Part shown: piece after piece, positions 1 to 12,486 of the stretch
Layout of the letters: every line of letters begins with the position of its first letter
How positions within the stretch are numbered: position 1 is the first letter of the stretch
Source: Cycas panzhihuaensis
Taxonomy: Eukaryota; Plantae; Cycadophyta
Reading direction: 5' to 3'
Assembly (NCBI GenBank): GCA_023213395.1
Contig: CM041465.1
Coordinates: 161,393,741 to 161,457,740 of the forward strand
DNA length: 64,000 nt
Position numbers and translations under genes: made by a program
Notes under the pieces: generated by a model
The model's input: only the letters and a program-made list of their open reading frames with translations
Told to the model about the DNA's origin: nothing
Database searches by the model: none

Positions 1-200
1 TTCACCCTTTGTTCGAAGTGGTGGAGGGTCACTTTTTAGTAGTCATATTCCATTGCAGGTCCCGAACTCGCGCTCCGGCGCATGAGGCACTCTACATGGT
101 AATTACTTTTCTTATAGGTCTCTCCTCCGACCATATCATCACCCACTCTCACCACACATATTAGTTAGGTAGCTATCCCGTAGACACGCGTCCAGGGTCA
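1..200. mobile_element. Probable terminus of a younger LTR element inserted into E1 gag
   Basis: 10 CpGs in 200 bp against near absence in the flank. Ends ...GGTCA at 200, exactly where similarity of E1 to E2 (~19785 onward) begins. Confidence 0.45.
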
Positions 201-2950
201 AGAGGGAGAAGGAGTTTGATAGTGAGAATCAGAAGAAGAAGAAGAGTTCCTCACACCTTTCTCCTTAGCTTGGACAGGGTGAGGATTAGGGGATCTTCCC
301 CTATTTCGATTCCCTTTTTGTTGGATGTGGCAATCCTATTCCCTGTGTTTGGGGAAAATATCCTTATGAACAAGTTGGTCTAGATTGGGTCTAGACACCC
401 ATTTAGAGGAGGAGTTATGATGTGAGGTGGATTTAGGGTGCTTCTCCCTACACTGTGAGCCCTCATGAAAGCTCTCTCCATGAATGGAATACCATTTCTT
501 ATCCAAAGAAGAGTCTATCTTCCTTCCTTGAGAAGCCCAGGAATTATTGCTCTTAGGAGGTGTGGCTTGAGAGGCTTGATGGATAGGTTTATGAGAAGTA
601 GGCAACAAAGGCACTTGGAGTTTAGGTTCCTTCATCATACATTTAAAAGAATGTATACTAGAGGTCAAGGGGTCTAAGGTCTTCTCTGTCGAATTAGATG
701 AAGACCTAGGAAGTTGTTGGGTTTTGGTATCGTGGGACAGAGGAGGTGCTTCATGTCATTGCAATAACTTAAGTGGCTTCTTAAGACCTGCTTGGATCTC
801 AATGGCCTTAAGACCCAAACATTTGTCTATGGTAGAGTCACATGTTATTACCTCCATCTTGAGGGCTTCAACATAGACTTTGAGGTAAAGAGCATTGATA
901 AAAATATCCCTCTTCAACTCCTCGGGCAGTGTTACCTTCATAGAGTGGAGAAGATCATGGAAACGCCTCACAAGTCATGGTTCATTTCATCATGACCTTG
1001 TTTGAGGGAAGAGAGCCTTCATTCCACTCTCAAAGGGATGGGCAACATTAAAATATTTGACAAATTCATCAACGCATTGCTGGAATGAGTGAATGGAGTG
1101 TGTGGAAAGGCGATAGAACCATTTGAGGGCATCACCTTAGAGAGAGCATGGGAAAAGTTTCATTAGAATGTGAACATATACCCAATAGTCAATGCATGCC
1201 ATAGAAAAGCTTCTAATGTGCTTTGTTGGGTCTTGAGAGGAGGTTCTGTCAAACTTAAGTACCTCGGGAAGGTGAGGCGGTAAGTTAGTTCTTAATGCCT
1301 CAATGGATAAAGGAGTTGACCTATAGTCCATGAAGGGATGAGCTCTTGATTAGATCATAATATCAATGAAGGACAAGGGAGTTAGTAGGCAAAGGTACTC
1401 AAATCCTCCTTGGCTTGAAAGGGAATACAAACTTCCTCCCACTTGGTGAGAGGGGACTAATCCTAAATGTAAAGGGATTAGAAAAGGAGTAGATGGGTAA
1501 GGAGGGCCCATCCCCTCTTGAGGGTATGCCCCTTGTTGGAAGGGGTCTTGAGAGAAAGTACCTTGAGAAGGGGCTTGCCCTCCTTGTGAAGGCACCACAT
1601 AAGGAGAAATATGAGAAGAAGGAATAGATGGGTGTGGAACTGGGGTTTTCCTATATGGGCCACCCATAGGTGGCACAACACATATGGATGCAAGGGGTCT
1701 ACCCCATAAATAGGGAGAGGATTCCCCTTACCATGCCCCTATAATTGAGAAGTATATACCAAGGGTATGTAGAGGGAGGAATCCCTAGGTTGAGTTTGAG
1801 AGTATATGGGGATTTATCCCATGCGGCTAGAAGTAGGGGAATATATAGGTCCCCTAGATCTAATAGGAGGCGGATGGACTACAATCAGTTGGGGTATAGT
1901 CACTTGTCTAGAAGGAGGTATACTCAATGCAAGTTAGGAAGTGGGTATGTCTCGGGTGGCCCCTAAGGAATGCTAGCCATAAGAAAAAGAAGACATAATG
2001 AGAGATGCCCCCCGTCGATGTAGGGAAGTCAAATGGAATAAATGTAAAGGTGCAGATGTAGAGGAGGGGAGCACTATGCTTCACAAAATACTATTTAACC
2101 ATTTGGGATGTGGTTAGAGGCTAGTCACTTGGAAGCATTGATTGAGCACTTCCACAACATCCGTAGGAGGGGTATCCACCTATTCATATGAGGTCAAAGG
2201 ATCCTCATGTGAAGCAGACCCCATGGGATGATCCTCATGGGTATCACCACTAGGGTGGTGATATCCCAAGGTAGAAGATGCTTCCACTTTGTGAGTGGAA
2301 AGGTGATGGACTTGCGGGTGCTCTTGGTCACCTAAGTTAAAGATAGGGTCCTCACCCTCTTGGGTGGGCCCCTAGAAAGAAGTAGAGGGTTGGTGGGATT
2401 CAGAAACATAAGCATGGTATGTCCAATTTGAAGGAAATCCCTCCATGGTCAATTCAGAATTTGATAATGGAAGGGGATAGTAAGGACAATCTTCCAAGGA
2501 AGGAGGAAGACCTCATAAACAATAAGGGAATCATTGCATGTAAGTCTCTCCTAGGAGTTGGAAAAAAAAAGGGAGTAACAAGATGATATACATTGGAGGC
2601 TGGCCAATGAATAGAGGAGGGCTACACAAAGGATAAGTAGCACCAACAGAAAAGGGAGTAGGATACTGACGAGTCCCTAGTATAGTCTCTAGTGGAAGCG
2701 CACCTCTGGGGGCCACTAGATATGAGGAGATCGAGCCAATATAATCAGTAATCTCATGGCTAAAGGATCTATGGGGTCAAGAGAAATGATTACCCATAAA
2801 CGATGTCCATGCATTGAAACACAGGTTCGAGGATGCACAAATGGTACACAAACTCCCCCTCAAGGTAAGCACCTTCTCAATTCAAGATGGGCGAGACAAG
2901 GACTTCCTCAGTTTTTTGAGTAGCCTTAAAAAAGACCCTCATGTCTTGGA
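201..2950 (-). pseudogene. gag: Degenerate gag (proline-rich N-terminus + Retrotrans_gag-like domain)
   Basis: ORFs 1137-1331 (LKFDRTSSQDPTKHIRSF...LMKLFPCSL) and 756-971 (FHDLLHS...KRDIFINAL). The downstream sequence reads GDALKWFY. Confidence 0.8.
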
Positions 2951-3226
2951 TGGACGAGGAAGGAGGATATAGATAAGAGACACCCTTCCCAAGGAGAGGG
3001 GACAGGTGAGATAAGTCCTAACCAAAGAAGGAAGTACCTATAAACAAGCAATGGGTGAATGGTAATGTGAAATGAGAATGGGGAATTTGGGCTAAAGAGG
3101 GCCAACTTCCAAATAGAGGTAAGGCAAAGTGAGTCCTTACTAAAAGGGAGAAGAATACCTTAAAGGGGGAGTGCCCCTAAGGTGCCTACACCCAAAATAG
3201 ATGGCTAGATGTATGGGATGTAGTGA

Positions 3227-4056
3227 TGTATTTTTGTTTCTTTGTTTTCGTTATGTAGTGAAGCAGTATGGTAGTATGAGTTGTTATTATCTATGTTTCA
3301 TATCTAAGTAAAAAACAAAGTAAACAAAGCAACAACTCTCTCTCTTTTCCTAAATCCTAGCCTCCCTCTCCTTATCTTTCATAAGCATAAAAGGAATTAG
3401 GTAAGCAAGAAGTATAGGAAAAGAATGTAAGTGCTAATGTAAGTTAACTTGATGGCATGCAGGAGAAGATAGGATGTAGGTAGAAGGACTCACCACCTAT
3501 CACACTCAAACCCTAGTGAAAGTAGGAGTTTGAGTCAAGGGAGAGGAGGTAAAGATACAAATAGTGGAAAGTAGTGCCTATTTATTCAAAACCATTACCT
3601 TTCCCCTATGTGGCCAAGCAAGAGCAGCAAGTAATAAAATACAAACTATATCTTTTTCTTTAACCTTTCTTTTTCTTCTTTTCTTTTAGGAGTAAAAGGG
3701 AGAGAAAGGAGACAAGTGAGAGGATAGGACAAAAGTAGTGCACCTAGGAACCTGATAGTCAGTGTAGAGGCCTCTTCACTTTCTTTACGATCTACGCTCA
3801 TCTACTTAACATACCTTTTCGCGAACGATATGGTGAAAGGAACATTAGTGGGGCTTCCTTACCTTCCCCAATATCCAAATACAAAAGAACTAAAGGAAAA
3901 GATAGAATTACTTATGTTGAAATTTCTCAGAATTATAACAATAATGAGAAAAGTATATGTACCTATGAAGAAGGCCTTTGTTTGCTCTGAAATGAATGAA
4001 ACCTGCATGAATAATGGTTTTCCCTTTCCCAAGGGGCACTAGACATGCACAACAGT

Positions 4057-4120
<64 letters not shown>

Positions 4121-5555
4121 TTTTTTTTCCAAAACGAAGAAATGAAGAAAGTAATATTGACAAATGTCTTTTGAACAAGCAAAATATGTAATCTTAGTTT
4201 TATTTCACCATGCATACATAATAATATAATGGTTGTGGGAATGGGGGTGAAAGAGAGAGATATGGGTAGCCTTAGAATGGCTAACCCTCCTAATGGGGTG
4301 TCTTTGCATTCCTAAGCACTCAAGCAGCTAACCAAAGAGGGCCAAGATCATCCAATGGTAGAGAAGGTAATAAGTTTTATGTATGAAAAAAAGTATTGCA
4401 CAAAGGTTGTAAAAGTTACAAAAGCTGAAAAACTTACAATGTGTAACTTTTATAAGATTTGCAAAAGTAAGGCTAAGTCTATGAGAGACAAAGGAGTTGC
4501 TACTAAACCAAGTTTTATGGGTATTCTAATGGTTGGTTACAGGCATAATAGGGTGCTTCTAACATTGTAATCAATGAGGTTCCCCACCCCAAAAGTTTAT
4601 GGGTGAACAAGGGAGGTATAACCTATAATAAACTTGATTCTCAAGGCTTGGTGGAGCACTTATGACAATGATTTATCCTTAATCTCGCTATTGCAAACCT
4701 GTAACTTAGGGTTTTGACCTGAGCAAGATGATGGAAGAAATAGAAGGTAGGTACAGCAAGTCAGAAGCTTCGTTTTAGAATTTCTCTTTGAGATGAGGAG
4801 GAAGAAGAAAGTAAATGAGGGAAAATTTAGGTTTTTAAACCCAACCCTAGCTCAACGGGCGATTAAGGTTCACCTTGGGCAGGAAACAACCCAGTGCCAC
4901 ATATCAATTTTGCATTTAATGTGAAATTAGTTGTGGCCAGACAAAAAGACCATTTTAAATAGTCGTACAATGGTAAACTTTGTAGTACCACAGAGTTTGC
5001 AGCGATACTGTAGAGTTTACAGCAGTGTGCTCAATACTAGGTCAAATCAAAAAAGGGGAGCCTAGGAGGCTCCCCAAAAGGGGGGTCTTAGACCCTAAAA
5101 GGGTAATAATATAATGCCAAGGTATAAATGGGGGTCATAAGACCTAGAGAGACCATGATACATGAGAAAAAGGTGGCAAAAAGGGCTCTAAAAAGAGAAA
5201 AGTGGCGAACCAGGGTGACAACTAGGCCTAGACGGGTTGTTGGGGTCACAATGCTAGGAAATGATGAGGGATGAACTATAGGATCCAAGAGTACCTAGAG
5301 ATATTATGGAGACATGGCAGAGAGTCGTAAGATACCATGGGATATGTATCCTAAGTCATCATAGGCTAAAGTGTTAAGATGTGACATAAGTAAATAGGCA
5401 AGCAGTGCATAATAATCATATAATCAATCAAGCAACATGCAATGCATCTATCAACAACCTCATAAAATTCTAAAGCCAAAGAAAGTAAGTATAGATACAT
5501 ACCTATGCTTACCTGAGATGAGTTGTCTGAGTCAATTCCCAATAGGCAGGAAACA
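3227..5555 (-). repeat. 5' LTR of E1 (left boundary uncertain, ~3060-3230)
   Basis: Shares blocks with the E2 LTRs: gtgcacctag, ttccttaccttcccca, ttacaaa/ttgcaaa repeats and the terminal acctatgcttacct...ggaaaca. Confidence 0.65.
4059..4120. repeat. (GT)25(AT)6 microsatellite inside the E1 LTR
   Basis: Directly visible. Confidence 0.97.
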
Positions 5556-5560
5556 GATAG

Positions 5561-8342
5561 TGTATTTAATTTATTATTTAGTTTCAGATACAATGGAAAC
5601 AATCAGGTTTTGGGGGGTTTCTCCTTAGGTTGCGAGGAGATAGGAGATAGGTTGGTGTTTACTCATTACAGGGTAGGTTTATTTCCAATCGATAATTATT
5701 ATAATTTTTTTATTGTCGTAATGTTTATGTTACAGCAAGAGATGTTGTCAAATTAAAATAACTACTTTCCCTCGTTCTTTTTCCTTTTCTCTTAGAATGT
5801 TATTTAAGGAGATGAGAGGGAAGAGCGAGAATGCAATGACTAAATGTGTATAACTATTTTCTTTTCTCAATGCACCTAATGAGAAAGATGCAATAATATT
5901 TCCTATTAGTGTAAGAAAGGGACTAAATGAACTTTCCTTTTATCCTTTTAATATGTGACATGCAGAGTTAAAGGAAAAGAAGAAACATGCAACACTTTGT
6001 TTTTAGTGCAGGAGGAAAAGAGAAAGAGATAGTTGATTTTAGGCTTTTCCTTCTAATGTAATATATAGATGTACAAAAGAAACCCAAATAGCATTCTTTT
6101 CCTTTTTGATATATTTTCTATTCAAAGGTAAAAAGGGGAGATGAAAGGAGTGAAAAGAGGAAAGGTTGGATGGAGTGCACCTAGAAACGCATTAGTTGAT
6201 GAAGGAGCATATCCCTTCTCTACACGTCCTCTTTATTGGTAAACTTGCCTCCCTTGCCATAATGGGTGTTGTAGGTGGAGCTTGAGAGGGGATTCCTTAC
6301 CTTCCCCAAAATGCTTTAAAGTAAATAAAATGGAAATGAAATAAAATAATGGAACCAAAAGAAGGCAAGTGAAGGAAGGGAGAGAGTAGTACCTCTTTAC
6401 TGCAGTGTTACCTTAGTTGCGTAAGAAGGCAACCATTCTTGTGCTTTGGTAAACACATGTAAACTCTTACAAGTAATAAGCATATCTATCTATCTATCTA
6501 TATATATATATATAGCCATGCATGTGTTTTCTACCTTGGAGAGAATAAAAGTTTACTTCTTATAACAAAAGAAAAATAATGACAATCAGTATATTATTCT
6601 CCATATACACATCAATGTTCTTATGCAACCATGAAAGGTGGAAAAAAAGGGGTTGAAAGGAAGAGGAGATGGTAGCCTCGAGATGGCTAGCTCCTATGAA
6701 TGAGACACCTTCTAGGTAGCTTGGTATCATATAGGTGATTTGGGTGGAAATAAATGATTTGGACAAAAGCTGGTATAAAGGTTTGTAAAGTCTACAAATA
6801 TTGCAAAAGTTACAAATCTTATAAAAATTACAAATATTGTAGAAGATGCAAATGTCGTAAAAGTTGTAAATGTTATAAAAAATGGCATAGGAATGGTGAG
6901 GGTTACTAGCAAGCAAGATGTGCACAAATTGGTAACAAGGCGAATGTTGCAAGTGTTGCGAACATTACAAATATAGAAAGGATTACACCCTATGGGATGC
7001 ACTAGCTTATGGAGCAGGTATGGTATAAAGGGATTTTGAAAAGTGGGGGTTGCCTTAGAGGAAGCAACATTAGGAGTCAAAACTCTAGTCATTTGTCCTT
7101 CCTTCACTTTCTTAAGAGTAGCCCAATACTCATCTTATTGTTGGCTAGTGGGAACCCTAGGATAGGATGATAATAACAAGAAGAAATAAGAGGTTTTACC
7201 TCTCCTTACTTAACAAAATAGAGGGAAAATATATGCTAGAACATATGTTAGGAAGTATAACTAATGAAATAAAGTATACTAAAGGAGAATAGTAGAAAAA
7301 AACATGTTTTCATTGATAAAGATCCATATAAATTGGAAGTTACCCAAGGAGAATGGGAACCAAAACCCTACTTTACTTATGAAGTTCGCCTCTTTTGGAG
7401 AGGAGGAGAACCTTGAATCTCAAAAGAATAGTTGTTGTTGCCTTTTGGAGCTTAGGAGGAGAGTTATCTTGTTGAAAAATCCCTCTTTCAGACCTGTGAG
7501 CTAGGGTTTTTTGCCATATCAAGCTTTAAGTAGAAGAAGGAAAAAGAAGAGAAGAGAGGAGAGTTATTTCTCATCATGAGAGAGATCCTAAAATGAGTTC
7601 AAATTTTGTTTTTTATGTCCTAATTAGGGTTTTGGGGGTATTAAGGTTTGATCTAGGGGGTAAAGACCCCTTTGCCATGTGTCAAATTCATGATAAATGC
7701 AAATTTAGCTATTTTCCAACTACAATAATCAATAGGCAGTCATCCCATAGGAAAGTTCATAGTACCATGAAGTTTAAAGTGGTGTCATGAAGTTTGAAGC
7801 AGTGTGAAGAAATATAAAAGAAAAATAAATAAATAAATAAAAATTAAAGCAATATAATGAAAACCAGGCCCAAGGTATAGAGATAGAAATTTGAGGGTTG
7901 CAAAGGTCTTTTAGGGGATCTAGGTAGTGGTTGGGCTTCTAAATACATGAAATAGTAAAAGCCAAATATCAACATTGATATCAAAAGACTTGGATGAGCA
8001 AGCAAGTTAGAACCCAACTTGATGAGTCATATGACAAACTAGAAATAAGTCAAGATGGGCTATGGAGGCCTATGAGTACTTGAAAACACTAGGGAGGTGT
8101 TTCTCAGAGCTATATACTACCATAGGACTATGGTCCTAGTTATCATAAGCTAAAACATAGTCACGGGTAAGAACTAGGCAAGCAAACCAAGTAGTAGAAT
8201 AAGTTATGTAACCATACCATGCCACTTAAACCATAAATATATCTCATTATGCCGTAAAAGTAGAAAGGGTAAGAGATAGGAATGTATACCTATGCTTACC
8301 TAGTATATTCCACTCCTACCCATTCCTAATGGCTAGGAAACA
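5561..8342 (-). repeat. 3' LTR of E2
   Basis: Colinear with 22690-25681. Runs TGTATTTAAT...GGAAACA on the + strand. Confidence 0.9.
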
Positions 8343-8356
8343 CTGGCCTCTCCTCA
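8343..8356 (-). promoter_or_regulatory. Polypurine tract of E2
   Basis: Minus strand reads GAGGAGAGGCCAG immediately before the LTR start TGTTTCC. Confidence 0.6.
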
Positions 8357-10449
8357 TTGCTTAGAAGTGTCTAATGATGGTAAATGCAATCAACACAAAA
8401 CAAGTCAGTAACATCTACCTATGCTAGTATGTCATCATCCAAGGTAAGTAGTGAATGTCATGATAGATCACACAGATAAGGATGTGCATTTTAGGGAGGA
8501 TAGAGAGGCGTGACCTACCTCATCCTCAGGGTACAGAGCCTTAGACCCCAAAACACATGTGAATTAGGGACAAAGTAGCGTAGGGGTTATCCATACATCG
8601 CCCAAGAGTGTAATATGAAGGAAAGAGGGGATGGAGGGTCACCTCATCGCCTCTATATGCAATGCAAGTGTCATATAGGATCTAAACATAGTCAAAAGAT
8701 GAATGTAAACCAAAAAAAACTCTAAATATAAAGTGTAAGTATGCAAAAGATTATGCCATGGATGGTACGATAATAAAGTGAGGAAACAAACATGTGTTCA
8801 CTATAGTTTAGTCTTATTTAGTGGTATGTTTTTGTAGGTACTAGAGGATTGGTCAATGATGTAAGTCTCTCAAGGGAGGAGGTTTAACCTATGAACCTAA
8901 TGACGAATTGCCTGGAGGAGGGAGGTGATGCTCTAAGATACGACAGACGAGGCTATCAGCCTCGACATTCTGGTCTCAAGGGATATATCAAATATCCAAA
9001 AAGGAAAAGAGGGATAACAACAACTTGGAAGTTAAGGTGAGGGACCTCAATCATGGGTAACAAACCTAGTAAACCTAGGTTAGTTGTAATACAACAATTT
9101 AAGAGTCACAATGGAGGATAACGGGGCCATGGTAGAAGGGAAGTGTATCAATGAGAGCTTCAATAACAACTATATATTTAGCTTTGTTATTCATAGCCTC
9201 GGGCAGGTAGACTCTAGAATGCATGTAATCATTCCCAAGGGATCATGAAGAATCCACATGGTTGTAGAGGGTTTGGGGTTGTCATGACTACCACCATCAG
9301 TAAATATGAATAGAACCATGGAAAAAGAGAGGGAGTTTAGATCAAGTTACCAAGAAAATTGGTAATATCCCTACTGAGGTGATAAAAGGTGGTAACAAGG
9401 CTATAATATCTCAAGATGACTGGATATATTAGCTACAGAGGGATAAGAGAGCCCTGAGGGTCAACTACTAGGCTCTTGGAGGGTTTATCTGATGAGGGGA
9501 TCAAGAATTAGCTAGAACATGCTCTTTTCACGATCTTGAAAGGGTGTAACAGGGCCAACGAGGGCCTACATAGAGGAGAAGATCCCACCCAGGGCCTCAA
9601 ATGCTCAAATGGATAGAGGAAAAAGAATCAGGATGTCAAACGAGCCAATAGAGTATAAACATAAATAGGTTTCGAAGAGGTACAAAAATCGAGATGACGA
9701 GCCTCCAACGAGCTAAAGAAGCTTGCCATAAATATGTAGAAAAGGGTAAAAAAAGAAGTTTTGGGGGCAAAATAGGGCTCATTCCCTGAAGGAAAGAGGG
9801 ATAAGGATGAGAAAGGGGTCTTGAGGGCTGTCCCCTCAGAGGAAATAGAGGTGGTGCCTAGGAAGGCCCCACAAATAAAAGGGTACGAGGTGGGAGAAAT
9901 AGATTTCATTTTCGCAAGCCCCCCGTGCAATCTGGAGCCATTCCCTTTGAGAAGCTAGGGTTTACCACACTTCACGGGCTCACTACAAGAGATCTAACCG
10001 TTAGATTTTGATGAGGAGATAGCCATTGGGACCAAGATGGAGAGATGATGGCCATCAGACTAGATCTAGTAAGTGGATCTTACCTTTAGCCTTGCTTTTG
10101 GTCATTTGATTTCAATGCTTATTTTTTGGAAAATTGAGCTGCATAAGGGCCATAGAAATCCCTTGGAGCTCATTGGAGGCCCAGGGAGGGGGAGGACCAT
10201 GGAATTAGGCATCTATAGTCCTAGTGGACCAAGTTAGGTCCACCAAAAAGTTTTTTTTTTAGATTTTTAGGGCCATTTCCCCTTTTTAGAGGTAGTAGTT
10301 GTAGCCTTGTGGCATTTTCTACAATGCTACGAAGTGTTGCGGGGCCTATGGAGACCCAAAAAAGTCTCAGTAGGGCACGAATCAATATTTATAATACCAC
10401 AAATATTGATGTAGGGCAGAGAACATTTAATGGAAAAAGAGAAACTTGT

Positions 10450-12486
10450 TTGTTTGGATAGCTTGGCCTAGTTTCAACTAACCTAAGCTATCTGGGAGAG
10501 GACATGACATGATAGTTAGGTCATGAGGAACTCACTAGTGGTTTGTGGGTGTCTACAGGTTGTTCTTATAATTGATAGTTACGAGAACATCAATATAGCC
10601 ATGATTATCTTCATTGAGATGATGATCCAATAGGAGAGAGGCATACTATGACGTTATGAGCTACTAAAGATCATCTAATTAGAGTCTCCTAGTGGACATA
10701 GTGGCATACTCAGACAGGAGGAGGCATGCCTTTCATCTCCCATGGGTGGTGGATGTCAGCATCACTCTAGAGGACATCTAGAGGATACTTGGAGTGCTAG
10801 TTGAAGGTGTACCAATTTCTTTAGGTGCTATGTCTAGCATAGACATTGCACATTAAAAGGTAGCTAGATTTTTCACTAGGAGAAGCAAATGAAATTAGAG
10901 AGGAATCTCCATACAAGCTACGGTTTTATTTAGGGTTCCTTGGGTAAGGAAACTCATCACACTTGCTATTATGTTTTATATTTCCTAGAAATAAAACTAC
11001 AAGGATACTCCTAGTGGTTGGATAGCCACCATACAAAGATGTGAGGTGGGAGAGAGGTTTGACTAGGGCACATTGATAATGGCTAATATGGTAGCTTAGC
11101 TTAACTAGATCAGGATGATCGAGAGAGGTGGTTTCTCCTACTACATATTATTATAGTGCTAGTTCTTAAATCATTCTGGAGGAGTATCCCTAACAGGAGG
11201 ATCCCACCAAATATCTTCTAGTGCACCTACAATACAGAGATGGTAGACACACTTCATAAGCACTAAGCACCAAGTATATGTGCAATGCTCCATGGCGGCT
11301 ATCTCATTAGACCTCCTTATGATCAGTGACTATATAGTAAATCCTTATCGAGTAATCCATTAGGTGAGCAATGAGGAGAGAGGGGAGTTAGGTGATGATC
11401 TAAAGGATGGTGGAGACGAGAAGGGAGGAGATGGGGGTGATGTAGCAGAGCTAGAGGGAGGTGCAGAGTTAGGTGAGGGAGTTGCCAGTAGATTTGCAGC
11501 GATAGTAATAGATATGAAACCAGTAGTAGAGGTAGCAATAGCTGCAGAGTGGGAGATCCCTAGAGCTAATGGAGTAGATGGAGGAGATGCCTTAATAGCT
11601 CACAAGGAGGGTGGGGAGGTACTACTAGGGGTTGAGGAGGTTGAGGCATTAGTTGAGTGAGTACCAGACAAGGAGATCATGAGAGGAGGAGTTGACTATC
11701 TTAAGAGGTGAAATCCTCCCTTAATTCTATCTTTAGCTTTCATTTTGATTAATTATTTCTTCCTTAGATACTTATTCTTGTACTTTGATATGCTATTATG
11801 TATATTTTAGATTGACATATGATATGCATGGTTTGGCAGGTGGTGTTGAGATGGTGAGGCTAATAGAGGTGGTAGTTCATAAGTTATTCCCATGGGTGTA
11901 TAAAGAGGGATAGCCTTCCATCATAGAGAGTGAGGATCCTCGATCAGTGGGGCCATACACAATGGCATTTGCCCCTCTAATATGGGCATAGGATATATGG
12001 GCTGCTAAGACCCAAGAGCACCAGGCAAGGGCGAGCCTGTTGTAACATGCACAAGATGGCCTATAGGTAGAGAGGGATCAGTTACTGGTAGAGATAACTC
12101 ACTATAGGGAAAGGTGTGAGGGTTAGAGGCTCAGCTATGAGGAGTGGGAGGTGATACAAGGAGCTAGGTATAGGTCACCATACTAGAGGAGAGGCTCTAC
12201 AGAGTGGAGAAGGACCGAGATCATGCCCTGACTGAGAGGGACTACTTACAGGAGTAGTATGACCATTTGGTCAACCAGATGTCTACTAGGTCATTATGCA
12301 ATAGGACATATATGAAGACCATAACCCAACAAAGGGCACAAGATGAAGAGGACATATATGAAGGCTAGGACCTCGTAGAGGCATCGAAGGATCCTGGGAG
12401 GGATATGGTCTTCCAACAAGGGATCAGGCAGGTGAGGGGATGACACTCCATGAGGGTAGAGCACCCAAAAGATTTTTGTATCATGA
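10450..12486 (+). pseudogene. Antisense extra ORF of E2: Plant Mobile Domain (PMD, MAIN/MAIL-like) + acidic linker + coiled-coil, with one predicted intron
   Basis: 10689-10820 reads LVDIVAYSDRRRHAFHLPWVVDVSITLEDI*RILGVLVEGVPI, matching the PMD signature FHLPxGExTITLEDVxxILGLPxxG. Further on are RFD(W)GTLIMA and LL(Q)C(W)FLNH-like motifs, an E/G/D-rich ORF at 11364-11660 and a coiled-coil-like segment at ~12110-12280. Confidence 0.8.
11708..11839 (+). other. Predicted GT-AG intron in the E2 PMD gene
   Basis: GAG|GTGAAAT...T-rich...TTTGGCAG|GT between purine-rich coding-like flanks. A matching intron occurs in E3. Confidence 0.65.

Larger units (their letters stand above)
201..5555 (-). mobile_element. 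E1: Ty3/Gypsy (Tat-like family, related to E2), 5' part with 5' LTR and gag
   Basis: Colinear with E2 19785-25681. The LTR terminus GGAAACA at 5549-5555 matches the E2 LTR terminus. Confidence 0.8.

Noticed and set aside
5556-5560. GATAG as the TSD of E2
   Set aside because: The right flank of E2 is AAACC. GATAG resembles GAGGG before the 5' LTR, so it is more likely LTR sequence at the E1 insertion site.
6560-7107. 130- and 126-aa ORFs with CxF/TF periodicity
   Set aside because: They arise from 9/18-bp ttacaaa/ttgcaaa repeats inside the LTR and are not maintained at full length in the sister LTR.
10450-12486. Host MAIN/MAIL-like gene
   Set aside because: It lies inside E2 at the same position as its homologue in E3 and has many stops, so it is TE-encoded and pseudogenised here.
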